Positions 1-12,719 of a DNA stretch of 64,000 bases are shown here, in pieces. Source of the DNA: Gordius albopunctatus (Eukaryota); assembly GCA_964276515.1 (NCBI GenBank), contig OZ193909.1, positions 19,344,001 to 19,408,000 on the forward strand, in the 5' to 3' direction. The notes below the pieces were generated by a model, which was given only the letters and a program-made list of their open reading frames with translations, was not told where the DNA came from and did not search any database. Within the stretch, counting starts at the first letter, position 1, and every line of letters begins with the position of its first letter. Position numbers and translations under genes: made by a program.

Positions 1-633
1 CCAGTAATAAATTGGTATAAACCACGCGGCCGAATATATAAAGCAAATGCTTAGAGCAATGTTAATACGATTCGTAGTGACTATGTGACGATATTGAAAA
101 GGTCGGATTACTGCGATCATCTGGTTGGCAAAGTAAAGGACGTAAATCAAAAATCCAAAACACACCATTGATTTGCTGATTGGATAATGGACATGTGCGA
201 TGTAATTCATCCAAGATAACGTTTTCCAATGCAGATTTAAACTTTCATCCACATTTAATTCAATCACTGGTGAGGGTATTAGGAACAAGGAATTAAACAA
301 GTTGACAGCAAAAAACCATGCTAGTAAATATTCGTTATATGAAAGCTTTTTTTTCTTAACATTATCGACAGTGGTTGGGCCATCGGTTGTGGCTAGCGCT
401 GTAGAACGTCGATTTTCCAATCTCGGCGTCATAGCTCTAATGGCTAAATGAAGACCAAGTCCGTTGCCTATAACACCTAGCAGCACTAATATAATAGAAA
501 ACACGCGATTAAATAAATTCATAGGATTTTCACTGAAAAGGACAATCTGTTCAAACGTTACACAAGATCCCAAAGACTCATTTGGTTCTTGCTGATTACT
601 TAATTCGCGCGAAACGCTAAAGTTATAGTCCAT
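1..633 (-). CDS. Class A (rhodopsin-like) GPCR, N-terminal half (TM1-TM4), runs off the window start
   Basis: Open frame from ATG at 633 to position 1, absent from the ORF track because it has no stop. MDYNFS...FSIILVLLGVIGNGLGL (TM1 GN), LLAWFFAVNLFNSLFLIP (TM2), FGFLIYVLYFANQMIAVIRPFQYRHIVT (TM3/ICL2, like ERxxAVxxPxxY), IALSICFIYSAAWFIP (TM4). N-terminal N-glycosylation sequons NFS and NES. Confidence 0.8.
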   Translation of the reverse strand, partial: MDYNFSVSRELSNQQEPNESLGSCVTFEQIVLFSENPMNLFNRVFSIILVLLGVIGNGLGLHLAIRAMTPRLENRRSTALATTDGPTTVDNVKKKKLSYNEYLLAWFFAVNLFNSLFLIPSPVIELNVDESLNLHWKTLSWMNYIAHVHYPISKSMVCFGFLIYVLYFANQMIAVIRPFQYRHIVTTNRINIALSICFIYSAAWFIPIYYW

Positions 634-1260
634 GTGGATTTAAAAGATTATATGCAACATTGGTTAGAGTTGACAGATTAAGTGAAGGGGGTGAATTATA
701 ATATATTAAAATTAATTTGACTAATAACGCCATTTATGTTAGATAAATCCGCTTTTGTCGATAATAATAGATAATAATCATAATTATCCTCATTGATTTT
801 AATCAGTTTTTTTATAGATCAGAAGAAATTTTCTCTTCTAATACCGACCTTATATTCTCTCAAAATAATTTGACTATAAATTGGTTGTTGAGATTTTTCC
901 ACAACGGTTATATTTATCTAGACTTTGAATTTATTTGATTTTAAAATTTAATGTGTGATAAATAATTTATATGAATGATGTTGTTCATAACCATGGTCGA
1001 AATATATATGAGAATTTAATAAGTTAATTATGGAAGTTATATGTATGTTTTCATCAACTTACACTTACATTTTAGAAATAACATTTTACCATAAAATTAC
1101 TGATTTCAGGCCTATTATATTTGAATTTTTACATTAATTTTATGATCTATTTTCTTTTTTAATTTATTTTATGTAATTAATTAACATATACTAGTTTTCG
1201 AAATAGTCTTGCTCTTGCTCTTTTATAGGTAATTTATTATATTCGGCAAAAGAATGTTAT

Positions 1261-1430
1261 CATGGGCGTAGCCAGGTTTTGGATTTGGAGGGGGGGGGGC
1301 AAAACTTTCAAAAGTTCAATTAGGGGGGGGGGCGAAACATAAATTTTTTTCAATTTTTAAGGCTTTTTGCTTTGAAAAAAAAAATTTCCGCGATTTACCC
1401 CCTGCCCCCCCCCCTGGCTACACGCCCATG
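1261..1430. mobile_element. hAT-type MITE, family CATGGGCGTAGCC (copy A)
   Basis: TIRs catgggcgtagccagg / cctggctacacgcccatg; imperfect 8-bp TSD aatgttat / tatgttag; G- and C-tracts inside. Confidence 0.8.
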
Positions 1431-1819
1431 TATGTTAGGGTTGTTTTAGATGTATGATATTAGTATTTTCAGTATATTGATTTAGACGATGTATATACAT
1501 CATAAATTATTGTAAGTGGCCAATTTGCGCTTTTAACTATTATGGGTAGGTAGTAGTAATAAAATTATGTTCTATTATGCCATACCAAGGACATATAGTC
1601 CAATTAGCATTATTAATTGGTTCATTAATTGCTAAGGTACCTAACTTTCTCATCAAAATAAAGCTTTCGCCTAATTTAATAAAGTGGAGTTATTATAAAG
1701 AGTCGTGACTAAGTAAAGCGCGCTAAATTATTATTAATCCAGTGTTTACGGACACCAATCTAAGAGATGAATAAAGATGAGATTCCCACAAGAATAATAT
1801 GATCCAACCCTTCATCAAA

Positions 1820-1910
1820 AAAGCCCGGCCTGGTCCGTCAAAATATTAAATTATAAGCCCGGCCCGCTAAAATTATACAAAGCCCGAACCCGGTCAGGGC
1901 CCGTAAAATT
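1820..1910. mobile_element. Remnant of a hAT subterminal repeat region (CCCGG/CCCGA motifs)
   Basis: Clustered gcccggcc and cccgaacccgg motifs like those in the hAT element at 5690-7100. Similar remnants at ~11160-11283 (ending tggtctctg) and ~48455-48570. Confidence 0.5.
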
Positions 1911-2439
1911 AAAAAAAATTTTTTTTATCGATATGGCAAACAATATGTTTGTGTTATAGATGTTAATAAAAATACCTTAAAAAGAAAAAATTGGTAATTC
2001 CCGGTTGCTCGAGTCCTTCTATCTTTTAAGAAACGACCTACATGGAAATTTTTTTTTACAAGTGGCACTTCAGGATCCATAAAACCATATATAAGCCAAA
2101 TAAACGTTTAAAACCTTTATTTAAGGTTATAATGTTTTAATAAAACTACTTAGCTTCTTTGCATTGCCACCATTTTAAATAATTGGGTTATTGATATAAA
2201 ATAAGAAAACAGTGATAAACGTAACTTGAGGAAATAAATTTTAGAATTTGTTTTTAAATTTGTTAATGATAAGGCATTGGGCCGGGATCAGATAAAGTAT
2301 AAGTTAGCAAAGGTCAGCATTGATTTGTAGGGAATTATTTAGCCAGTTTCGCATTCATCCGTTATAAATTAACAACCTAGATAAATTGCCAAAATAAGTT
2401 TATTAACAAGGATAATCAGTCAGGCACAAAAACAAAAAT

Positions 2440-2640
2440 GGAACTTGAGCTTAGGCGAGGTCGAAAAAATTAAAGCCAATCAGCGGTCAGCTAAATAAAA
2501 GTCTTTCACAGAAGCATAAGTCCACAGCCATTAAAAACCCGTATAAGTTTCCACGGCAATTATTGAAAAATTACAAGTTGGACAGGACAGGATGGACAGG
2601 ACGGATAACCAAAAGAGAGCCCATAAATTGCATAGCAATT
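2440..2640 (-). mobile_element. 5' end fragment of a DINE-1/Helentron-like (HINE) element
   Basis: Ends in gagcccataaattgcatagcaatt, the same subTIR as 27393-27415, preceded by GGAC/GACA microsatellite. Homologous plus-strand copies at ~36982-37200 and ~43125-43235. Confidence 0.65.
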
Positions 2641-2751
2641 AATAAAAATAATTTTAAATAATATTAAATTAATTCACTCAATATTGCTAGAGGGTATTAT
2701 AAATAGGGTGGCAAATATGGGCAGCTGCAGCCCTCCAAATCCAAAAATTCC

Positions 2752-4149
2752 TGATTCAGTTCTTCCTCTATTTCTTTCTTCCACGCCATCGGCACTCTTC
2801 GCGCGGGGATAAATACGGGATCTATGCCCTCTTTTACCGGTACTTCCACCGTTATTCCCTTGACTGCTTGCGGGAATTAGTTTCGCTGGCCCTCCCATCG
2901 CTTCATCACGTGCTGTATTGTTAACTTGGTATCCTTCGGTCTTTCCACGTAATTGACCGCGAACCGTTCCGCCGCTGTTCTCGAGTTCCAACGCATTTGA
3001 CGCCATATTTCGGTTTCGTATTCTTGTATGCAATCGATCCCGCATAGCGGCGGCCCCGCTACGTCTGCTAGCAATAACGACAGCTGTTTCATCGTGTTAC
3101 CCAATCGGACATCGGCTTGTACCTTGGCTACGATCTTTATTTCCCCGTGGCCGTAGGCGTACACCGTCGGGACGGCCTCTTTGTTGCGTGGGATCTCCTT
3201 CGCCCATTTTCGCGCCGGTAATATCGAAACCGTAGCGCCGGTATCGACGATAAATTGGAACAATTCGTTATTAATATATATATCAACTGGTAACACATCT
3301 AAAGCATGGTTTAACCTGGGAATCCGGACCGGCCCAGGCCACGCTTCTCGTCTCGCCACTACGCTCCACGCCTCTTCGACCCCGTCCTGCAAGGTGCTTA
3401 GCCCGCCATTTATCGTCTCGGCCGTTACTGCCAGCTCCCGTAGGCGGTCCCATTTGATGTCATTTTCTGCCAACAGTCTCGCTTGTAAGCTTCTATCGCG
3501 CAATCCTATAATGAATTGGTCGACGATTCTGCTCTGCACTTCTTCATTTCCGAAGTTGCAGCTATTAGCCCCGGCCTTGAGTCTATTAGCGTACGTGTCT
3601 ATCGTCTCTCCCTGGCCTTGTCGGAGCTTTGAGAATTCGTACCTCTTTGCCCTCGTACATGAATTTCTCTGGAATAATTTCCTTAATCGATTTTTCGCTT
3701 CTTCGTATGTAATTCCTGTCAACTCTTGCGGTCTATAATCCTCTAGTATTAATTGGAATGCATCCCCCTCGAGGCTGGTTAATAATAGCGCGGCTTTTTG
3801 TTCATCTGTCTCCGTCTTATTGTTCCTAAGGAATAACTAAAATTGGGTTAAGAAAGGGTCGATGTTAGCCGTTGTTTTATATTTCTGCATCTCCGCGTAG
3901 GTTTCTCCACGACGCCGCTGTTAAGGGCTGATATTTATTCACGTAAACTATTAGGCGTGTGATACAAAAACACGACCAAAAAGTGTCCTGGCGTATATAT
4001 CCAACGCCTTTATATGTTACAACCAATTAACGATAATTTGATCGCCAACGCGCGTGTAAATAACATCAAATTTGATCGCCAACGCGCGTGTAAATAACAT
4101 CAACACGCAGGTAACTATCGTATCCCTGGAGGCACTTTACCTCTCTACA
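2752..4149 (-). mobile_element. 3'-truncated Ty3/Gypsy LTR retrotransposon (5' LTR, PBS-like site, gag-protease, start of RT)
   Basis: LTR 3919-4149 (TG...CA) followed by PBS-like gcggcgtcgtggag. Gag motif RYEFSKLRQGQGETIDTYANRL...IVDQFIIGL; protease FIVDTGATVSIL; after a frameshift near 2880, PVFIPARRVPMAWKKEIEEEL (pre-RT motif). Confidence 0.85.
2877..3890 (-). pseudogene. Gypsy gag-aspartic protease pseudogene
   Basis: ATG at 3890 (MQKYKTTANIDPFLTQF), in-frame TAG at 3839-3837, then LFLRNNKTETDEQKAALLLTSL continues into ORF 2877..3722 carrying the DTGA protease motif. Confidence 0.8.
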
Positions 4150-5689
4150 CAAACACCTGAGGAAAAACCATTTAAAAGCCCAATAATTTCCCCTCCACTA
4201 CAAACGGAGATTTATATTGTTGCTGGATTAAAGGATTTATACATTGCCCTAAGAAAGTTTAAAGACCTTCCGAGGTGCATACGTTCCTCCGAGAAAAGAT
4301 TCAAAGAGATTTAAGATGACCGAAACCATTGCACTTTTAACAGCAGGTGGATCTATGGCTTTGAGTTTGTTGTTTTCCCCAAATGATTCAGGGGATGTCT
4401 GGCTTGTTGTTCATCAACATATGAATTGCAGTTGTAATACATACATAATTTTACAAAGGCGGTGTAATAAGAAATTTTTAAAACATTCAACATCTCACCA
4501 TCGTTAGATATTAGAGTTAACTTCTAGCCATTCGTGATGAGACACAATCGGATACGGGCTCAGACAACACTGGCTACTCAAAAATGCTAAATCCATAAAG
4601 CGCAACACGAACCTAGCACCCTAATCACTTTGTGGTAGCGTTTGTGGCTGAATTGCCGGTAGTCTTTTAGAGTGCTAAAGTTATGTTAGGTCAACGTCTT
4701 TCCTAAACGGAGAAAATTTAAAAAACCATTTTTCTTCCAGTATAAAACACGAGATAGGGATCGGCTTCTATAATGTTATAAATAACTGAGCCCATAAATC
4801 GCCTCTATCCACGAAAATGTGCAGTGATTTAAGTGATTGTCGTTTCCAACTAATAAATGCTATAGTGGATAATTATCATGCTTAAATTTTTTTAACCAAT
4901 AAAATACCATAATGACCGCTGTGTAAATTTAATTTGTGTACCCAGGCCAGAGGCCAAAATACTTTTTATGCTCAATTGATCACCTTTGTAAAATTTAACT
5001 GGTATTTTGACCCTTGTCCAATTTGACGCTTTATAATGAAAAAGTACGAATCTGGCTAAAATTTGCCTACCAATAAATAATGACAGCTGTTTGCATCTTA
5101 TGGCCAAAATCAATCTTATTTTTGGGTCCGAGACTGCTTTAACATTTCATAAACCCCCTCCCTCACCCTTTAACATTACACTAGTGTGTGCGCCTTGCGA
5201 CCTCCGCACCCCCTCCCCCATACTGTCGCGCTCAACTAGCTTTCCCCAACCTTGCCTACCTATTCCCGCCCCCTCTTAGACCTCATAAGCCCTGCTTAAA
5301 TTGCATGGCATATAAACTGCTCTAATGCGAAGTGTAGAAGAGCCTAGAGTTAAGGTCGAACAAAAACAACACGAGGCCAGGGGGCGCTAGCGAAGTTTGA
5401 CGGAAAGCTAACGGTACAGGGTCATGGCTTCACCCCTGCTCAAATTGAATAGCAAATCAAGTGCTTCCATACGATGTGCAGAAGAGCCTCTCACGGAGAT
5501 AAGAATATGGTGGAGCCTGGGGTATACTAAGCTCTACCATATAACGAATGACTTTCTAATGACAAAAATAGGTATTAAACCTAAGGCGGACTTGATTAAC
5601 GTAAATCGGCTAATAGATGAATGATGTAAATCGAAAAGTATTGGACATGAAGGTGGCGGGGAAGCAGACGACCTCGTTTCAGTTGAAAG

Positions 5690-7100
5690 CAGAGGTCAGA
5701 TTTGTTGGAAATTTTCTGCCCGAACCCGGCCCGACTAAATTTTTTACCTTCATTGCCCGCCCGAACCCATCTAAGTGTCCGCCGGGGCCCGCCCGAATTG
5801 TTAAAGCTGCCCGAATTTCCCGGCCCGAAATATTAAATTTGCCCGTTAGTCCCGAATTTATGAGGTTCCAAAAAGAGGTCGGAGTAGTTTAAATTTTTCT
5901 GCCCGAACCCGGCCCGGTCCAATTTTAACTAAATTGCCCGCCTGAACCCTTCTAAGTGTCGGCTCAGCCATGCCCAAACCATTAGAGCTGCCCGGCCTGA
6001 TTAATAAAATTTTCCCGGTAGACCCGAAATTATCCGATCCCAAAATCTTTAGCCACTATTACAAAATAAGCAATGGCATATTGATGCAAACAAAGATGAC
6101 AATATTTTATTATTCATATCGTCGACAATTTCCGGGGATAATCTTGTGCGTCTTTCCTCTATTAATCTTCCTGCGATAGAAAAACATCTTTCACTAGCAG
6201 CACCCGTCGCCGGGATGGCAAAGAGTATTTTTTTAAACCTTGATAATTTAGGATACCTAAAATAGTTATAATTTTTAATAACTTTAATGTCACTTGTTTG
6301 CTTTATTTTTCCATATGTTTTTTTAGTTATTAAGAAATTAAATGAATTACAATTATGGCCATTGTTAGAAAATGGCATGTGCCTTTGTTTTAAGTCTAGA
6401 CGGCACACATGTGTAGTGTATTGCGAACAATGAAATGACTTTGGCTACTACATAAATATAAATAATCCAATCCTTTCCATAATGGAGTAGGGCAAAGATT
6501 TAACTGAATGCGATAAAAATGTAGTAAAATAATTTACCTAGAGAGTAAAATGGTTTCTTCCATAGTATTAGAGTAGAAGTTTACATGGGCGTAGCCAGCA
6601 TTAAAATTAGAGGGGGGCAATAATTATTTAGGGGGAGGGGCAAAATGATCATTTTTTCGAAAATTTAGCACCATAATTTTAATACATTTTAACAAATTTT
6701 TGAGTTTAGAGAGGGCAGCTGCCCCCCCCCTTGTCTACGCCCATGGCAGTTTAAATCGTTGTGATTTTATTCTTTTATAATATAATCTGAAAATTAAAAA
6801 TTTTTGATCTTGAGACAAATCAGTTAAACTAATTTATTCGAAATAAAATTTAATTTTGAAGAAATTGAAATTAGGACATTATATAAACGTACAATGAAGA
6901 TTTAAGCGATGGAAAAAAATCTAGTCAAATTTATTATGGCCCAAAATTGTTTATAAGCGAATTTTTCTTTTTTTAAGGAAAATTAATTTGATAAAATTTA
7001 GGGCATGCCCGAATCTTATCAGCGTGCCCGCCCGAAAATTAAAATTTAAGACAGTTGCCCGGCCAGGCCCGTGGGCCGAGCCGGGCATTTCTGGTCTCTG
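5690..7100 (-). mobile_element. Internally deleted hAT DNA transposon with a hATC dimerisation-domain remnant
   Basis: Perfect 8-bp TSD gttgaaag (5682-5689, 7101-7108); TIRs cagaggtcaga / tctggtctctg; subterminal cccga/cccgg repeats. ORF 6049..6408 contains RYPKLS...LFAIPATGAASERCFSIAGRLIEERRTRLSPEIVD. Confidence 0.9.
6584..6745. mobile_element. CATGGGCGTAGCC MITE (copy B), nested in the hAT element
   Basis: TIRs catgggcgtag / ctacgcccatg; TSD gaagttta / gcagttta. Confidence 0.85.
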
Positions 7101-7266
7101 GTTGAAAGTGCAAGGCTGTGAAGAATAAAGGCATGGGACTTACCCGATCAAGCTGTAAGGAACTCATCAAAACAAACCCTACGACTGCGGGTAATAAAAA
7201 AATAGAATAATTATAATGATTAAAGTAAATTATTTATTTTGGACTTCTCCTTTTAAAACTTAAGCG

Positions 7267-7429
7267 CATGGGGGTAGCAGTATTGGGATTAGAGGGGAGC
7301 AATAATGCTTTGGAGAGTGGCAAAATTATCATTTTTTGAAATTTTAGCCATAATTTTCAATTTCAACAAATTTTTGAATTTAGAGGGGGACAGCCGCCTT
7401 TCCATGCCCCTCCCCTGCCTACACCCATG
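7267..7429. mobile_element. CATGGGCGTAGCC MITE (copy C, diverged)
   Basis: catgggggtagc ... cctacacccatg; internal sequence homologous to copy B. Confidence 0.7.
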
Positions 7430-7834
7430 TCCTTGTATCAGCAGAAGATTGAAAGACTACCAAAAATCCGCTCCTAATCCATCCATTTTCTCACGAATTT
7501 CGCCACATGCTTTAGGCCCCGTGTAAATGACAATTTTAAATATATTAAAGAATCACACATACTTGTAAAAATAAAATAAAAAAATAATTGAAATTTTAAT
7601 CTTTAAAACCGATAGCTGGCCGCTTGTTTTCATGATAAAATAATAAATTTGTTATCTTGTTAAATGCTTTATTATATTTCTTCATTATAATAATGTCTAG
7701 CTTCAGATAAATCAGTTCATTAAAAACTCTAAGATCCATAGATTAAACATGTAAAAAGTTATTAATAAATCAAATTACATTTATTAACACAAATATTATT
7801 ATCAGTTTTTATTATTCAAAAATATTTATTAAAA

Positions 7835-9201
<1,367 letters not shown>

Positions 9202-11679
9202 TCAAATGTTATATGTACAGCAATTGTAAAACATATAAATTTAAAGTTATTTAATGTATAACTAAATTATATGCAGAAGAAATAAATTATTTAAAGACAG
9301 TGACCTAGAAGGAGACTAAAAAATTTTTCTTTTTGATACATAATTTTTTAATGAATAGTGCGTTTATATATTAGTTAAAATACATAATCATTATTATTGG
9401 AAAAATCGATAATATTCCTGGAAGATTTAATTAAACGATGCGCTTCCATGAAGGATGATTATTATTCTGGGAAGGCCTTAGAAATAGAATTAAGTTTCCC
9501 AGACGTTATTGACTTCCGATTCACGTCAATGGATTCGATTCTTAAAATAATTGACGTCAATGGATTCGCTTCTTAGAATAGCTATTTGTTTGTCACTACA
9601 GAGCCAAGAGAAAAAAGTTATTGAGCTTTATTTCCACTAACTGGCCCTCTCACACCTATAAATACCAATTTACATAAATTTTAGAGTTAGTTATTTTACG
9701 CAAAATAAACACTTAAATTCTCTTCTTGATAACTTTTCAGACGTACATTGTTACTATACATACGATTGTAGAAATGGCAACATTCAACAGGTCCTATTAC
9801 TAGTAGATAACATTGCAAAGTATTGACAAAAAAGTTTCATCAAATATTTTTATTTGCGGAAGTTAGAGCTAACTTAAATAATTTGGGATCTAAATACTTC
9901 ATTTTGCCAAGAGGCGAAATCTTCGTTGTTATCTTTCAACTAAATTCATTGGATTTTATTATCAAAATAATTTGGTTAACGACATTTAGAAAAAAAGCCC
10001 TCTAATGTTCCTGATAATAAGTATTTTAACAGTGTTCTGTACGAAGGAAAAGTTTATTAAGTTTAAATCCATTGAGCTTGATTCCTTCAAGGACAAAATG
10101 AACTGTTTTCGATTGAAAAAAAAAACAAATTCTAAATAACTTTTAAATTTTGATACTATGAAATCAATACAATTATGATTAGAGACTAAAAAAATGGACC
10201 GTATTTAACTCTATGGTTTAAATGGCAAAGATATCAACGTATAACAAAAAGCTGATGGCTTTGTCTCAATCTCAAAAAACGTGTCGTCAAAGAATTCTTT
10301 CGGCAGCTTATAACCAATTTTTTGTCTTTCCAACACCACATGCACCCATAAATAAAGTTTTTCCATACACAGGAGGAAAACTTATTTAAGTAATAGTATG
10401 TCAAAATATTGATTGAATAAATTGGTATTAGCAAATCATTGGAAATGCTCTCTACCTGAAATCCTAGATAGACGTACGCTGGGCAAAAGAAAATCAAGTG
10501 AGTATTTTACACAAAATTTATTAATAGGCCAATTTGTTTTTATTTTTGTGCCCTAACCTATCCTGGTCCGATTTATAGGTGAATTGCACGCCCATGGCCA
10601 CCCAAACTTATATAAGGGCGCCGGCCATGCTCAAATCAGCAGAGCTACCTTAAATGCCCTGCCAAAGATGATGATTTTTATTTTTGAGCAGTAATTTTGT
10701 TATTTTCAGAATTATTAAATTAATTTCCGATTTTTTTATATGAACTACGATGAATTATTATTATACAAATGAATAAAAAAAATTGACAAAATAATACACA
10801 AAAACTAAGTAATACACTATACAAAAAAAATTTAAGCCGAATTACCGTAATCTTGTTATGGTGCTGTTGAGACTGTGTTTTTCGTATGACAGTGTTTGAC
10901 TCGTGGGACTGTTTATCACGTGGGGAGGCTAAAGAGATACCCCTTAGTCCAGTTAAATGTTGAGGAAAGAAAAGGGAAAGTGGATAGGGGAATCGTTTAT
11001 TTTAAAAGGGAAGGTTTTATATAACTCAGATGTTTTAACGGAATTTTATTATGTATATGAATGTATCAAAACAATTGTATATATATCTAACTATTCGTTA
11101 CAATAAATGCGTAAACGTACATTCTCTATAATCAAAAATTAATTATAATAATAATCAACGCATGGAATGGTTACGGATCCTTACAGGTGCCCGCTCGGGC
11201 CTACCTAAAATTCTAATAGACAGCTGCTTCTCCGGCCCGTAGGTCGTGTAGGTTCGTCAACGGGCAGACCTTTTTGGTCTCTGATTTATATTATAAATGA
11301 AAAACATATTTATAATGAATGAGAAAAAGTGGGCATTACCCCTTTAGAGTTTTTTTAAGTTTTATTCTATAGTGTTATAATCTGTGTTTATACACGTTTT
11401 TGATAATATGATTTTGTTCTATTTACTTTATGCATATGTATTGTGTTAATGATCATATGAATAAAATTATAAATATCCAGGCCATTATTATATACTAACC
11501 CATAAATTACTAATATTTTTTTAAGTTTGGGAATGAAGTAAATAAGTTGGGTGTAAAAAGGTCAGTTTACTAAAAGGTTCGATTTTCTATTTAGTTTATT
11601 AATCTATGCCAGCTTTGTAGTTGGTCGGCAAGAGAGCTTTCTTTAATACCTTTATATTCAAACTTTTGATAGAATGTAA

Positions 11680-11956
11680 GGGCCCGTCTTAATATACGTT
11701 CCAACTTCAAAGCGCAATATTTTTGTTTGTCTAAATAGGCGATATACATGTCGTGGAATCAACAATTTTAGTTTAGTTATCATATGAATATGCATTAATA
11801 AGCGTAATTAAAGGATAAATATTTGTTTTACGAGCAAAAACACAAAAACATAACAAAAATGACGTGACGCTCATATTAAGACACGGCTATGTTTTAACAT
11901 GCATTCGCTTTTTTAATCTAGATTCGAAATCGCGTATTAAGAGTTAAGATGCACCC
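11680..11956. mobile_element. Probable PIF/Harbinger-type MITE
   Basis: Imperfect TIRs gggcccgtcttaatatacg / cgtattaagagttaagatgcaccc with TAA on both flanks. A related element with TIR gggcttgtcttaatatcggatt lies at ~28897-29184. Confidence 0.45.
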
Positions 11957-12315
11957 TAAGAGAATAAATTATACCATCAGGAAAGATGTCAATGACGAAC
12001 CCCTTTAACATAATATATCAACAAATTAATAAATAATTGTTAATTGCTCTTATATGACATTAATTAGAATTAAATTATTATTTGATTGGCGCACTCAGAA
12101 AATGAGTTTATGTCTGCTTGCTATGAACATGTGTTACATAAAGCTATTGGTCTAAACTTTTATAAAGCTTCTGTAGGAATAATGCCATAGTATACGCACA
12201 ATTGTTTTGATAAAGTTGATGATAATTGATTTAATATTCATCAATAACCAAATATTAAATAATTATAATTCATATATATCAAAAACTTTTAACACTTATA
12301 AAATGGACATTTGTA

Positions 12316-12462
12316 CATGGGCTTAGACAGGAGGGGGTATATAGAAGCGGCTGAACTCCTCCAAATCCAAAAATTTGTTGAATTAAATTATCGATAACAT
12401 TTCAAATAATGATCAATTTGCCCCTCCCTAAATCATTATTGCCCCCCGTTGGCACGCCCATG
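12316..12462. mobile_element. CATGGGCGTAGCC MITE (copy D, reverse orientation)
   Basis: catgggctta ... cacgcccatg; TSD catttgta / catttata. Confidence 0.8.
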
Positions 12463-12719
12463 CATTTATATATTATTGAGACTTATAAAATATATAACTT
12501 ACTAAACATTTTCTATTATAGATAGAAATCACGATAATATATAAATTTCAGCTCTAAAAAATTAATTGCGTTTACACAATCTTTTAAATACGGTTTTTGA
12601 AGAAGGTTTTATGTGTATTCTAGAATATAGAAATAATGTTGCTATATGGTATATAAATATAATATTTTTATCTATAAAGGTTTTTAAATAATTTAAATTA
12701 TTTGTAACATATATTTCCA

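Larger units (their letters stand above)
5495..7200 (+). mobile_element. RTE-clade LINE 3' fragment, split by the hAT insertion (5495-5689 and 7101-7200)
   Basis: IRIWWSLGYTKLYHI...DVNRKVLDMKVAG closely matches the RTE end at 63640-63960. The sequence resumes after the hAT TSD with aactcatcaaaacaaaccct, the RTE tail. Confidence 0.75.

Noticed and set aside
3181..3738. 185-aa plus-strand ORF (and 2674..3045)
   Set aside because: Antisense or alternative-frame shadows of the Gypsy gag-pro, with no recognisable motifs.
4150..5130. Possible highly decayed CRE-type RT region
   Set aside because: Only faint motif echoes (CGSVCG, SYGQ/SILF) amid many stops; not supportable by eye.
9530..9580. Duplicated acgtcaatggattcg with a TGACGTCA site upstream of PSMA5
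   Set aside because: Could be a CRE promoter element, but a short duplication alone is insufficient, and no Nrf/PACE-type site was found.
10234..10497. piggyBac-like WKDKKLV motif
   Set aside because: A single short motif with no TTAA-bounded TIRs or DDD residues identified.
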